64,000 nucleotides of DNA from Elusimicrobia bacterium HGW-Elusimicrobia-2 (GTDB lineage: Bacteria; CG03). The stretch lies in assembly GCA_002841685.1 (NCBI GenBank), contig PHAM01000001.1, positions 7,086 to 71,085 on the forward strand. The letters run 5' to 3'. The notes beneath the pieces were generated by a model. The model ran no database searches. It was not told the origin of the DNA and saw nothing but the letters and a program-made list of their open reading frames with translations. Shown here piece by piece: positions 46,825 through 56,330 of the stretch. The translations under genes were made by a program, and so were the position numbers. The stretch's first letter is position 1. Each line of letters begins with the position of its first letter.

Positions 46825-49800
46825 TCATTTAATCGGCCATTGGGGGGTGGTTTGGTCGATTTCGGTCATCAGGCGGGAGGTTTCTTTCAGCACAACTACT
46901 ATTTTCTGCCAGTGCAGAACTTCGTCAAATGTCAGGAAACGGCCTTTTCTGCTTTTCAGCCATTTGTCCAAAACCTGATAGCCGCCGATATAGAAATTCC
47001 AGACTGCTGGTTCTATTCCTTCAAAATACTGTTCTTTGTTGATATAAATTCTTTTTGTTTTTTCTTCGTAATTTACTTTCACGACTTCGTTTTTTCCGGA
47101 AATCGGAAATCTTGTGATGAGTTTTTCCAGTGCAGGTGATTCCATCAGGTGAAGTGAGACAAGTTCCTTTCCTTTTTTAACAAGGTTTTTGAAACGTTCC
47201 CTGTCGGAAGTCAAAGGCGCACGGGGAAAATCTATTTTCAAAAATTCGGCATATCTTTTTCTGTATTCCGGCGAATGAAAGACCGCATAGATGTAATAGA
47301 AAATATCTTCGGGGCCGAATGTCTTTTTTAAATCCCCCTGGCCGTCTAAAACAAAATCAAGTTTCAGTTTCCCGCTGACTTCCCTGACAAACTCCGGCTT
47401 AATATTCGGCTGACGCTTTGATTCTGTCTCGTTCTGTTTCTCATCAGGATAAAGATACAACGGAAAAATATATCCTCTTTCTTTCGTTTTATTTGACACA
47501 TAACAGTCATCTGTAATACTGTTTGTCGCTAAAATATGCCGCCAATTATTTCCTGATAATTGACGACATAAGTACAATGCAACATTATTCCCAAAAAGCA
47601 TATGACGCATAACTTTTTCCCTTACACGCCAAACAACTGTTGGATGATAATAAATATTCCTTGTATCAAACGGTCGATATAGCAATTTATCAAAATAATC
47701 TTTCCAATTTTCAACACTTGTTAATTCTGCTCGCGCTTTTGATACTCTCCACGCATAATTTTCTGATAACTTAAACTTTTCTTTTATTTCTATATCGCTG
47801 AAAGTTTTGTCTCTGAAACATTCTATTCTTTCTTTTAACGGTTCCTTTTCAAAATCAATTACGAATTTATCTCGCGCAGTAACAATGCCTGTGCAGTTTA
47901 CCGGAAAAATATCTGTGATTTTCCAGTATTTTTCGTATTCACTTCGTCCTTCTTCGTTTCTTGGAATAAAGAAGTAATATGGACTATTGGGGCTGAGTTC
48001 TTTATAATTTGTTTTATTAATATCGTTTTCTGAAAGAATTTCATATTTACTATCCCTCGTCCCCCACAAATCTGCATAATAAATTTTTGCCGGGCCTTCG
48101 GCTTTCTGTTTTTTTACGAATAAATTTATTGCAACACCCTGCTGTATGTCAAAAACATTTTCGTCTTTTGTGCCGTCGGGACATTTCTCCTTTTTCTTCG
48201 CATTGCCGTGCAGATTGAGAATATATATTTCCGAAAATGTATTGAGCAAAGACTGTCTCATTCCACGGAATGTGGGATTATCAAGGTAAGCGTGATTTGT
48301 TATTATTCCCACAACGCCCTGGCCTGTCCTGTCAATCTTCCACTGCGCGAAGCGGATGAACTTCACATAATCGTCCTGTAACCAGACTTTTCTCTCGTTC
48401 AAAGGTTTACCGTCAATGAATTTATAATCGTCTATTAGTTTTGTTATCCATTTTCCCATATTCGCGGATATACCGGAATAGGGGGGATTGCCGAGGATTG
48501 CCATTATCGGCACTTCGTTTTTTACTCTTGCGGCCTGGGCGGATTCTTCGGCTATGAACTGCGCGAATAGAGGCAGGTCTTTGTGCTCTGCTTCGCTTAG
48601 AGTGTTTGTGAGATAAATTCCAAGACGCTGGTCTGAATCAAATTTGTAGCCGGTCTCCTGCAGGAGGAGTCCGAGTTTCAAATGAGCGACCGTATAAGGC
48701 GCCATCAGAAGTTCAAATCCGAAGACTCTTTTCAGGAGATGCTCCGCTACATATTCGTCCCACACTCCCTTTTGTCCGTCTTTTTCCATCTTGTCATAGA
48801 TCAGTTTTATGACAGAGTACAGGAATGTTCCCGTTCCGCAGGCAGGGTCAAGAATAAATGTCTTTGAGTCCGCAAGCCCCTGCGGCCGTCTGAAACTCTT
48901 CTTAAGAATACTGTCAAGAGAACGGACAATGAATGAGACCACAGGTTCCGGCGTGTAGTAAACCCCGCGGGATTCCCTGAGCTTGGAGTCATAGGCGGCA
49001 AGAAATGTCTCGTAAAAATGGACGACAGGGTCTTCTTTCTTTGTCTTTACCCCGAAATCCTTTAAAATCTCCTTGATGTCGGATACGGAAAGAAGCTGGG
49101 CGAGGTCGTCAACAAGCCAAGCAATCCTGTCGTCAAGGTCGGGGCCTGCGATGTGGTTGAAAAGTTTCCTTAAGAACGGGTTTGTCTTTGGAAGGAGAAA
49201 AGCCGAGTGCTCACGGGTAAATTCTTTTTCGTCCGGCATATTGCACCGCGCCGCAAACAATCCGTAGGCGATTGTCTGGCTGTATAAATCGGCAAAGCTT
49301 TCCTGCCTTAAGCCCTGAATCAGTATTTCACGAAAGGCTTCATACTGGGAATGGAGAGTCCCTTTTTCCTGCTCTTTTTCAAAAGCCGCATTTATCAAAT
49401 CCCGGATCATTTGGGTTATCTGAGCCATACGCACCGCAAGTTTTTTAGGGCTTTTTATTTTTTCAGGAAGGACACAGAGAAAAGATTGGATAATTTTAAT
49501 AAACTGATCTTCATTCCTGTGCAGTAGGTTGACCTTCCCGGAAGAATCACACTCCCCTATGATTACGGTTTCCGCTCTTTCCCCGTTTACGTAGCGTCGG
49601 AATTCAAGATAATCAGTCAGTATTAAATTTGATAATGATGTGCGGTATCTTTTTAACTGCTCTGATTTTTCTATCTCGTCCAGACTCTTGCCTATGTCTT
49701 TCGTTTCAATATATCCAACCGTCAGTTTTTTCTTTGTGATGATAAAATCCGGAGCGCCGCAAGCGACTCTCTTGGGTTCGTTTATGGCAGAAATCCCGGC

Positions 49801-49914
49801 TTCAAAAGATTCAATCAATGTTTTCAGCGCCGGGCGATATGTATGCTCGCCCGCCTGGCCTGTCTTAAGGTTTTTCTGTATCTCCGATAAGTAGTTTTTT
49901 ATGTTAGCTGTCAT
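46825..49914 (-). CDS. MmeI-family single-polypeptide type IIG/IIL restriction-modification enzyme (endonuclease + N6-adenine methyltransferase + TRD)
   Basis: N-terminal PD-(D/E)xK 'PDFII...YIETKDIGKSLD' (cf. MmeI 'IEMKSRGKDLD'), SAM motif I 'DPACGTGTFL' (MmeI 'DPACGCGNFL'), catalytic 'ILGNPPYSG'; 1029 aa. Confidence 0.85.
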   Translation of the reverse strand: MTANIKNYLSEIQKNLKTGQAGEHTYRPALKTLIESFEAGISAINEPKRVACGAPDFIITKKKLTVGYIETKDIGKSLDEIEKSEQLKRYRTSLSNLILTDYLEFRRYVNGERAETVIIGECDSSGKVNLLHRNEDQFIKIIQSFLCVLPEKIKSPKKLAVRMAQITQMIRDLINAAFEKEQEKGTLHSQYEAFREILIQGLRQESFADLYSQTIAYGLFAARCNMPDEKEFTREHSAFLLPKTNPFLRKLFNHIAGPDLDDRIAWLVDDLAQLLSVSDIKEILKDFGVKTKKEDPVVHFYETFLAAYDSKLRESRGVYYTPEPVVSFIVRSLDSILKKSFRRPQGLADSKTFILDPACGTGTFLYSVIKLIYDKMEKDGQKGVWDEYVAEHLLKRVFGFELLMAPYTVAHLKLGLLLQETGYKFDSDQRLGIYLTNTLSEAEHKDLPLFAQFIAEESAQAARVKNEVPIMAILGNPPYSGISANMGKWITKLIDDYKFIDGKPLNERKVWLQDDYVKFIRFAQWKIDRTGQGVVGIITNHAYLDNPTFRGMRQSLLNTFSEIYILNLHGNAKKKEKCPDGTKDENVFDIQQGVAINLFVKKQKAEGPAKIYYADLWGTRDSKYEILSENDINKTNYKELSPNSPYYFFIPRNEEGRSEYEKYWKITDIFPVNCTGIVTARDKFVIDFEKEPLKERIECFRDKTFSDIEIKEKFKLSENYAWRVSKARAELTSVENWKDYFDKLLYRPFDTRNIYYHPTVVWRVREKVMRHMLFGNNVALYLCRQLSGNNWRHILATNSITDDCYVSNKTKERGYIFPLYLYPDEKQNETESKRQPNIKPEFVREVSGKLKLDFVLDGQGDLKKTFGPEDIFYYIYAVFHSPEYRKRYAEFLKIDFPRAPLTSDRERFKNLVKKGKELVSLHLMESPALEKLITRFPISGKNEVVKVNYEEKTKRIYINKEQYFEGIEPAVWNFYIGGYQVLDKWLKSRKGRFLTFDEVLHWQKIVVVLKETSRLMTEIDQTTPQWPIK

Positions 49915-50135
49915 CTCTGAAATAGCGCCATATTTAATATTTCACATTTGCAAAATTAATTCTGTATTTCATTCTCGTCTTAAAAATGCCATCATCCTTT
50001 TAATATTTTTTTATTCGTTTGTATAGAAGTTTCAAGGATAGGTGTTTAAACGCTTGTATTATAAGCATTTAAGATTCCTCATCTTCGTTCGGAATGACAT
50101 GTTTAATGCTTTTTGGAGTAGACTCATTATTAAAT

Positions 50136-50999
50136 TTATTTATCATTTTCCGACATAGTAAACTTCAATTCGGCTGTGATAACATTGTTATCGTCAATTA
50201 TATTTTTTTCCATGCTTGTTTTTTCTTCTATTGCCAAAATTACTTTTTTGATTCTTTTTACATTACCCGTCCCAATACCATGAACCTTAATATAATCAAT
50301 CCCATATTTTAACCTTGTCAATATCTCCTTTTCAATATCTTCTTCCTTCATTTCAAAGCTCACAAACACTGAGCACGGCAAATCATCGACATAGGGATCG
50401 TATAAGCTAAGAAACTTTGTTTTAATTTTGTCTTCCGTCGTATATATTTTGGATAATGCTTCATACATTTCCTTAAAGTCTTTTTCATAATATCCTGCTG
50501 TGCATAAATTTGTAATATTAGCGCCTCTCTTGCCATACTTGTCCCGAATATCCCTCTTCATATCCCTCACTTCCTGATTTCTGTGTTCCAAAAATACCTT
50601 CTTGATATACATAGCTTGCCTGAGTATTATTAAATCTACTGAGGAAATTTTATTTTGGTAAAATTTTAATATTGCTTGAACATCCGGCTCCGAATCCTTC
50701 TTTTTTATATCTTCAGCCCAATCGTTGTCTTTTGTTGTAAGAAAAATAGGTTCACCTTTAACTGATTCCTTGGCGCTGTCCTTTAAAAGAGTATTTAAAA
50801 TATTTCTGTCGTCCTGACTAAGCTTTTCAGGATTAATAATCGTTTTGCCATTTTCTGACATAACGCTTTGACTGCTTTGACAGTTAATCACAACGTTGCA
50901 ATTATTAAAAGTATTGCCGTCGCCTTTTTGGATGCTATCTGCTATTTTTGCATCAACATTGTTAGTGATGAGGCCTTTGAAAAATTCTTTCCAACCCAC
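50136..50999 (-). CDS. Hypothetical protein (island cargo); weak Smr-like 'HG(K/I)GTG' motif near C-terminus
   Basis: 287 aa, AT-rich codon usage, C-terminal 'IDYIKVHGIGTGNVKRIKKVIL' loosely resembles second Smr-domain motif; overlaps upstream small ORF (ATGA). Confidence 0.45.
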   Translation of the reverse strand: MGWKEFFKGLITNNVDAKIADSIQKGDGNTFNNCNVVINCQSSQSVMSENGKTIINPEKLSQDDRNILNTLLKDSAKESVKGEPIFLTTKDNDWAEDIKKKDSEPDVQAILKFYQNKISSVDLIILRQAMYIKKVFLEHRNQEVRDMKRDIRDKYGKRGANITNLCTAGYYEKDFKEMYEALSKIYTTEDKIKTKFLSLYDPYVDDLPCSVFVSFEMKEEDIEKEILTRLKYGIDYIKVHGIGTGNVKRIKKVILAIEEKTSMEKNIIDDNNVITAELKFTMSENDK

Positions 51000-51244
51000 T
51001 ATTTGTTGCGAGTTGCCACTTTAAAAATTGATGGCAAATCTGATTTTATAAACAATTCTGACCCTTTTTGTACCCCCGCAAAATCATCCAGCAATAACTC
51101 TTCTCCATCCGGGGTTAAAACTCTTTGCGCGAGGTTATCTGTTTCAACTACATATCCGTCTGCATCAACTGTTTTACCAAATATTTTTAAAATAAATTCT
51201 TTCGTTTTTTGATCTTCTCTAAAAGTGATAACTTCTTCACTCAT
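50999..51244 (-). CDS. Hypothetical small acidic protein (island cargo)
   Basis: ~81 aa from ATG 51244 (AAAGGAG RBS 6 nt upstream); coupled to downstream 287-aa ORF. Confidence 0.4.
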   Translation of the reverse strand: MSEEVITFREDQKTKEFILKIFGKTVDADGYVVETDNLAQRVLTPDGEELLLDDFAGVQKGSELFIKSDLPSIFKVATRNK

Positions 51245-51377
51245 TGTCATCTCCTTTATTTTTCATATCGCCCTTTCATCATCATAATTGTTCATTTATA
51301 CCAATTTGTAAAAGCCATGTAAAGCCCCATGATGAGTCCACCCCGATTGTCAGGATAAATTTCAGCAAAATGAACTT

Positions 51378-52226
51378 TCATTTTCCGAATCTTCCCCAGA
51401 ACTCGACGAGAGTCTCCAGATAAACGCCTTGCGCCTCATAAACCCTCGCGCGAATCCTGCTCATCAGTTCATAAGCGTCGTCGGCAGGCCTCCCGCCCCG
51501 CAAAACAAAAACATTCGCGTGAAGAGGCGAGACAGAAACGCCGCCCGCGCGCCAGCGCGAACAGCCGCATTGCTCGATGAGTTTGCCCGCCGGTATCCCT
51601 GCGGGATTCCTGAATATGCACCCGCTCCCGTTCTTGTATATAAAACCTTTTTCCTTTCTTTTTGCCGTCAGCTCTTTTATCCTGTCAATTATTTTTTTCC
51701 CGGCTTTTTTCCTCAGCGAAAAACAGGCTTCCAATATAACGGCGGGGATTGGAACGGGCCCCGTCCTGTAAGAAGCTTTTATCATCCCGCCCGAGATCCT
51801 GTATTCCCTCCCCGAACGGTAAAACCTGAGCCATTTGAGGACATCACTTATGGCACTTCCGAAAGCACCGGCGTTTTTAAAAACAGCCCCCCCGACGGAG
51901 GCGGGAATCCCCGAAAGGTTTTCCAGGCCGCAAAGCCCCGCCGCGGCGCTTTTTTTTATCACATCTTTCAGCCCGGCGCCGGCCCCGGCGATAACATCGT
52001 TGCCTTTGAGCTTAATTTTTTTGAAATCCCCGTCGAGCATGAGCGCCGGTTCGGTTAAACCCGCGGAAGAAATAATGACATTGGAGCCGTTTCCCAAAAC
52101 CCTGAAAGTGTGGAACTGCTCCGTAAAAGCCTTAAGTTCAGCGACGGTGGTGGCCTGCCACACATGAGCCGGGCCGCCCGAGGCAAGATAAGTAATATCC
52201 CTCAGATTAATAAAGCTAACTTCCAT
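51378..52226 (-). CDS. murB: UDP-N-acetylenolpyruvoylglucosamine reductase
   Basis: FAD-binding 'FRVLGNGSNVI', 'LENLSGIPASVGGAVFKNAGAFG'; 282 aa. Confidence 0.9.
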   Translation of the reverse strand: MEVSFINLRDITYLASGGPAHVWQATTVAELKAFTEQFHTFRVLGNGSNVIISSAGLTEPALMLDGDFKKIKLKGNDVIAGAGAGLKDVIKKSAAAGLCGLENLSGIPASVGGAVFKNAGAFGSAISDVLKWLRFYRSGREYRISGGMIKASYRTGPVPIPAVILEACFSLRKKAGKKIIDRIKELTAKRKEKGFIYKNGSGCIFRNPAGIPAGKLIEQCGCSRWRAGGVSVSPLHANVFVLRGGRPADDAYELMSRIRARVYEAQGVYLETLVEFWGRFGK

Positions 52227-53544
52227 TTTTTGACAGCGGCGTCAGATCCCTGCCGGCAGGCAGTCTGACATTTGACATGCTCAAGTTTTTTTTAGAAAGT
52301 TTGAGATACTGGATCAGCGGTATCCCCGACGGGCAGACATAAGCGCAGGCGCCGCACTCCATACAGTTCATGGCTTTATCATAGGCCTTCCCCGCTTTGT
52401 AAAGAGCAAAACTCTCACGGGGCATAAGACCCATGGGGCACACCGACGCGCAGCGCAGACAGCGCAGGCACTCATATTCTTTCCTTTCCTCGCCCCACAG
52501 CAGCAGAATGCCGCTGGTTGCCTTGGAAACCGGCACATCCATATCGCACACGGCCTGGCCCATCATGGGCCCGCCGAATATGATCTTATTCACATTGTCG
52601 GGCAAGCCCCCTCTGAAATTTATTATATCTTCCAGGCGCGTTCCCGCGGGGATAATAACGTTTCCGGGTTTTCTGAAATAAGCGCCGAGCGTCACCACTC
52701 TCTCATAGAGCGGCTTGCCTTTAACAACGGCCTCATAAACCGCGAAAACCGTCCCGACATTCATAACCGCCACCCCCACATCCAGCGGAAGGCCGCACAT
52801 GGGCACCTTCTTACCGCTAACAGCGTAGATCAGCTGTTTTTCTCCGCCCTGGGGGTATTTCGTTTTAAGGAGCTTCACTTTTATCCTCTCGGAGCTCCTG
52901 TTTAAAAGCTCCTGCGCGGCGTCGGGTTTATTGTCCTCTATCCCTATGATTATCTGTTTGGCCGACAAGGCCCGGGCCGCGATCTTCGCGCCTTCTATTA
53001 TATCAGCCGCCTTCTCCCTGATAAGACTTTCGTCGGCGGTGAGAAAAGGTTCGCACTCGCAGGCGTTGACAATAAGGGTTGTCACCTTTTTACCGGGGGG
53101 CGGTGAAAGTTTCACATCCGCGGGGAAAGCGGCGCCGCCAAGGCCCACGATCCCGGAATTCCTGACTATCTCGCTGATCTGGGACGGAGCAAGCAGCGAC
53201 GGATCCTTAATATTTCCCGCGGGAGCGGGCTCATCCTTAAAATCATTTTGGATTATAACGGCCTCAAGTTTTTTTCCGGAACAATGCGGCCACTTTTTTA
53301 TATCCTCTACGACTCCGGAAACGGGAGAATGTATAAAAGCTGATATCCTGCCGTCGGGTTCGGCTATAATCGAACCCTTCAGCACGGCGTCTCCCTTTTT
53401 AACAACGGCCTTTGACGGAGCGCCGCAGCTGTTGGAAAGATGCAGATACACTTTCTCCGCAGCGGGGAGCCTCTCTATGGAAAAAGCCGAACTGTCTTTA
53501 TGCTGTGCGGGGTGAACACCGCCCGCAAAAGTGGCCGGTCTCAT
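52216..53544 (-). CDS. RnfC/NqrA-like iron-sulfur flavoprotein (stand-alone)
   Basis: SLBB/NADH-binding-like region and C-terminal 2x4Fe-4S 'CLRCLRCASVCP...CMECGACAYVCP'; start set to Met preceding conserved region; no other rnf genes nearby. Confidence 0.7.
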   Translation of the reverse strand: MRPATFAGGVHPAQHKDSSAFSIERLPAAEKVYLHLSNSCGAPSKAVVKKGDAVLKGSIIAEPDGRISAFIHSPVSGVVEDIKKWPHCSGKKLEAVIIQNDFKDEPAPAGNIKDPSLLAPSQISEIVRNSGIVGLGGAAFPADVKLSPPPGKKVTTLIVNACECEPFLTADESLIREKAADIIEGAKIAARALSAKQIIIGIEDNKPDAAQELLNRSSERIKVKLLKTKYPQGGEKQLIYAVSGKKVPMCGLPLDVGVAVMNVGTVFAVYEAVVKGKPLYERVVTLGAYFRKPGNVIIPAGTRLEDIINFRGGLPDNVNKIIFGGPMMGQAVCDMDVPVSKATSGILLLWGEERKEYECLRCLRCASVCPMGLMPRESFALYKAGKAYDKAMNCMECGACAYVCPSGIPLIQYLKLSKKNLSMSNVRLPAGRDLTPLSKNGS

Positions 53545-55121
53545 GACAAAAGGCTCTCCTCCATTTTCCTGAACATGGAAACAGCCGCGCCAACACATTC
53601 GGGGTCAAACTGCGTGCTCGAATTGATTATCAGCTCTTCTATCGCCGCGGCCACCGTTAATTTACGGCCGTAATTCCTGTCGCAACGCATAGCGTCAAAA
53701 GCGTCGCAAACGGCTATGATCCGGGCGCCGAGCGGAATATCTTTTCCTTTCAGCCCTTCAGGGTAACCCGTCCCGTCCCATTTTTCATGATGATATTTGA
53801 CATAAGGGGCCAAAGCGCTGAGCCCCGCGCTTTTTTCCAGAATCGCCGCGCCCGTTTCGGAATGTTTTTTCATCAGCGCCCATTCCTTGTCGCTGAGCGG
53901 ATCCGGTTTCTGCAGTATTTCCTGCGGCACGGCGATCTTGCCTATATCATGCAGCAAAGCGGCCAGAGATATCTCCTTCGCCGTATTCTCATCCTGCCCT
54001 AATGCCAGCGCAAGTTCTTTGGCTGTGGAGAGCATATTCCTCGAGTGCCTGGGATTGGGATAATATCCGGCCTCCAGCGTATCGAGCAGCAGCGCCGCCG
54101 TGTCTATAAAGGTTTCGGGAATCCCGGAATCGCGCGGCGGCTGTTTCAGCACCTGGGTGATCTGAGAAGCCAGTATGCTCAAATACAGCATATCCTGCGA
54201 CGAAAAATCCTGACCGTTGATCTTGTTCACCGTCTCAATAACGCCCACGGGCCCGTCGGCATCGCCAAGAGGCGCGACCATAATGTTCCTCGTTGAAAAA
54301 CCGGCTATTTCATCCACCCTGGAAGAAAAGTGCTCGGACTCCCCCGCTTCGTTGACAATGGCCTCGCGGCCTGTCTTCACCGCCCAGCCGGAAATCCCCT
54401 CATTAGCGGGAAACTCATACCCTAAAAGTTTATCCTTGACTTCGCCCGTTACGGCCGTAAAACGCAGGACGTTTTTCTCTTTATCAAGGAGCATAACGGA
54501 GGCAGCCTCGCATTCCACAATATCCGCGGCGGCGCGGACGCTATCCTCAATAAACTGCTGAAAACCGGAAACTTTGGAAAATGCTTTAACAATATCAAAA
54601 AGTTTCTGCATCTTGATGATGCTGCTGTTCATATCCGCCAGAAGAACGGCCTGCTCCATTATTTTCTCGAGCAGCGCCGCGGCTTCGTTAAAGAGCTTCA
54701 CCTCATGCGGGGGGAACTTTTCGCGCCTGTCGGCGTGAAAGGCCACCATCATCCCCCGCACGGCCACACCCGAACCTATGGGAAAACACATAAAACCCTC
54801 GTTTTCAACATGTCCAGTTGATCCGCCTTCTATGTTTTTGAATATTTTTAGAGCGTACTCCCGCTTTTCCATATCCGCATCGAGCAGTTCGTCTTCCTGT
54901 TTGACCGGATAAAAAGAGAACAGCTCTGTCTGACTGTCTATAACGGCTATCATCACTTCGGCATGCACGGCGTCACCGAGTATATGAGCGGCGCGGGAGA
55001 GGAATTCATCTTTGCCTATGGTCAAATCCATGAGTTTCACCAGGCCGCTGATCACCTTGCATCTCAGGTCCAGCTGCAAAACCGTTTCCCTCAGCAGAAT
55101 TACCTGCTTATTATCTTCCAT
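53541..55121 (-). CDS. GAF-domain HD-GYP phosphodiesterase
   Basis: Two GAF-like regions then HD-GYP 'LLHDIGKIAV...HHEKWDGTGYPEGL'. Confidence 0.85.
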   Translation of the reverse strand: MEDNKQVILLRETVLQLDLRCKVISGLVKLMDLTIGKDEFLSRAAHILGDAVHAEVMIAVIDSQTELFSFYPVKQEDELLDADMEKREYALKIFKNIEGGSTGHVENEGFMCFPIGSGVAVRGMMVAFHADRREKFPPHEVKLFNEAAALLEKIMEQAVLLADMNSSIIKMQKLFDIVKAFSKVSGFQQFIEDSVRAAADIVECEAASVMLLDKEKNVLRFTAVTGEVKDKLLGYEFPANEGISGWAVKTGREAIVNEAGESEHFSSRVDEIAGFSTRNIMVAPLGDADGPVGVIETVNKINGQDFSSQDMLYLSILASQITQVLKQPPRDSGIPETFIDTAALLLDTLEAGYYPNPRHSRNMLSTAKELALALGQDENTAKEISLAALLHDIGKIAVPQEILQKPDPLSDKEWALMKKHSETGAAILEKSAGLSALAPYVKYHHEKWDGTGYPEGLKGKDIPLGARIIAVCDAFDAMRCDRNYGRKLTVAAAIEELIINSSTQFDPECVGAAVSMFRKMEESLLS

Positions 55122-55127
55122 ATTCGC

Positions 55128-56330
55128 TCAGTCCTCCCAGTTTTCAATCAGATAATTTTTGTTTTCCTCAAAGATCCCGGCCTGCCGCCCCACAGCTTCG
55201 TCAACGCCGAGCTGCTCGCATTCTTTCAGAAAAGAATCCAGCCGGGCGTAATAAAAAGGCGTGATCAGCCCGACGAGCTTGAAACGGTCTTTTTTCCAGC
55301 GGTGGTAAATGCAGGCAAAATCATAGACGATCCTCGTCCACAGATCGGCGGAAAACATTTTGGAAGCATTGGCCTTTTTAAGCGAAGCGAAAGTGCTCTG
55401 CCGCAAAATGTCCTTCCATATCTTCATGAGATTCACGGATGAGGCCATGTATCTTTCAAAATAATCGTCGTTCCCGATGGCGAGCTTCGGGGGCGTCACT
55501 TCGTACGGCGCGTTGACAAAGGGGATGTCGCGGCTTCCCTTGACCATCTCCCATTTGTGGCAGTATCTTTCCATCAGCTTGAAACTTGTGCTGAGCACCT
55601 GGCGGAACATCGGACCCAACTGGTCGGGGCGGCGGCTGTCATGATCCTTGACGCCGAGAAAGCACTGCCCCGTGCGGAAAGACTCATTGGCCGCTATTGT
55701 CGTCATCCATATATCTATGCCGAATCTTGACACGTTGTTGTCCCAGTAAGCCCAGTCAAGGAAATACCTCACAAGAGGAGCCCTCATGCCGAAATCCCCT
55801 CCTATGGGCTGCCGCAGGCGCTGGCCATAAAGGGCTCTCGTCAAAGGATATGTTATCAGGTTTGTTATCGTGCCGTCCCTGTAATCCCTGACATAGTAAG
55901 GCGTGATGAAATCAAATTCTCCCGCCAGCAGCGGAGTGCCGAGATCCCTCAGCCATTCGGGGTTTATGCTTTTCAGATCAGCGTCAAAGAGCATCAGCAC
56001 CTTTGCTTTGAGGATACGCGCGGCTTCCATGATCGCCCTTAAAGCCATCCCCTTCCCAGCGAGTCCCCTGTATGTCGTGCACACCTTTTCGGATGAGGCG
56101 CTCTTGAATTTATCAAAAGCTATGTCCAGCGTGCTGTCGGTGGAATTACCGTCTGAGACCATTATAACGGACTTTGACTTCGGGAAATATTTGGACAGTC
56201 CCTTATCTACGGTTTTGAGGACACCGAGTATGGTCTTCTCATTGTTGAAAGACGGTATGCCGACAAGTATATCAACATGCTTCATCGTATGGAGCTGTTG
56301 ATGTATATTCGATCCTAAGCTGGACTTCAT
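55128..56330 (-). CDS. Family 2 glycosyltransferase
   Basis: GT-A fold N-terminus 'ILVGIPSFNNEKTI...VIMVSDGNSTDST', DxD-like 'LFDADLK'; 400 aa. Confidence 0.6.
   Translation of the reverse strand: MKSSLGSNIHQQLHTMKHVDILVGIPSFNNEKTILGVLKTVDKGLSKYFPKSKSVIMVSDGNSTDSTLDIAFDKFKSASSEKVCTTYRGLAGKGMALRAIMEAARILKAKVLMLFDADLKSINPEWLRDLGTPLLAGEFDFITPYYVRDYRDGTITNLITYPLTRALYGQRLRQPIGGDFGMRAPLVRYFLDWAYWDNNVSRFGIDIWMTTIAANESFRTGQCFLGVKDHDSRRPDQLGPMFRQVLSTSFKLMERYCHKWEMVKGSRDIPFVNAPYEVTPPKLAIGNDDYFERYMASSVNLMKIWKDILRQSTFASLKKANASKMFSADLWTRIVYDFACIYHRWKKDRFKLVGLITPFYYARLDSFLKECEQLGVDEAVGRQAGIFEENKNYLIENWED

Larger units (their letters stand above)
46394..51274. mobile_element. ~4.9-kb AT-rich genomic island inserted between murB and ddl, bounded by 15-bp direct repeats ATTTTTCATATC(G)CCCT
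   Basis: Sharp drop in GC relative to flanks; direct repeats at 46394-46408 and 51258-51274; cargo = MmeI-like RM enzyme + 3 unknown ORFs; no integrase/transposase seen. Confidence 0.55.
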
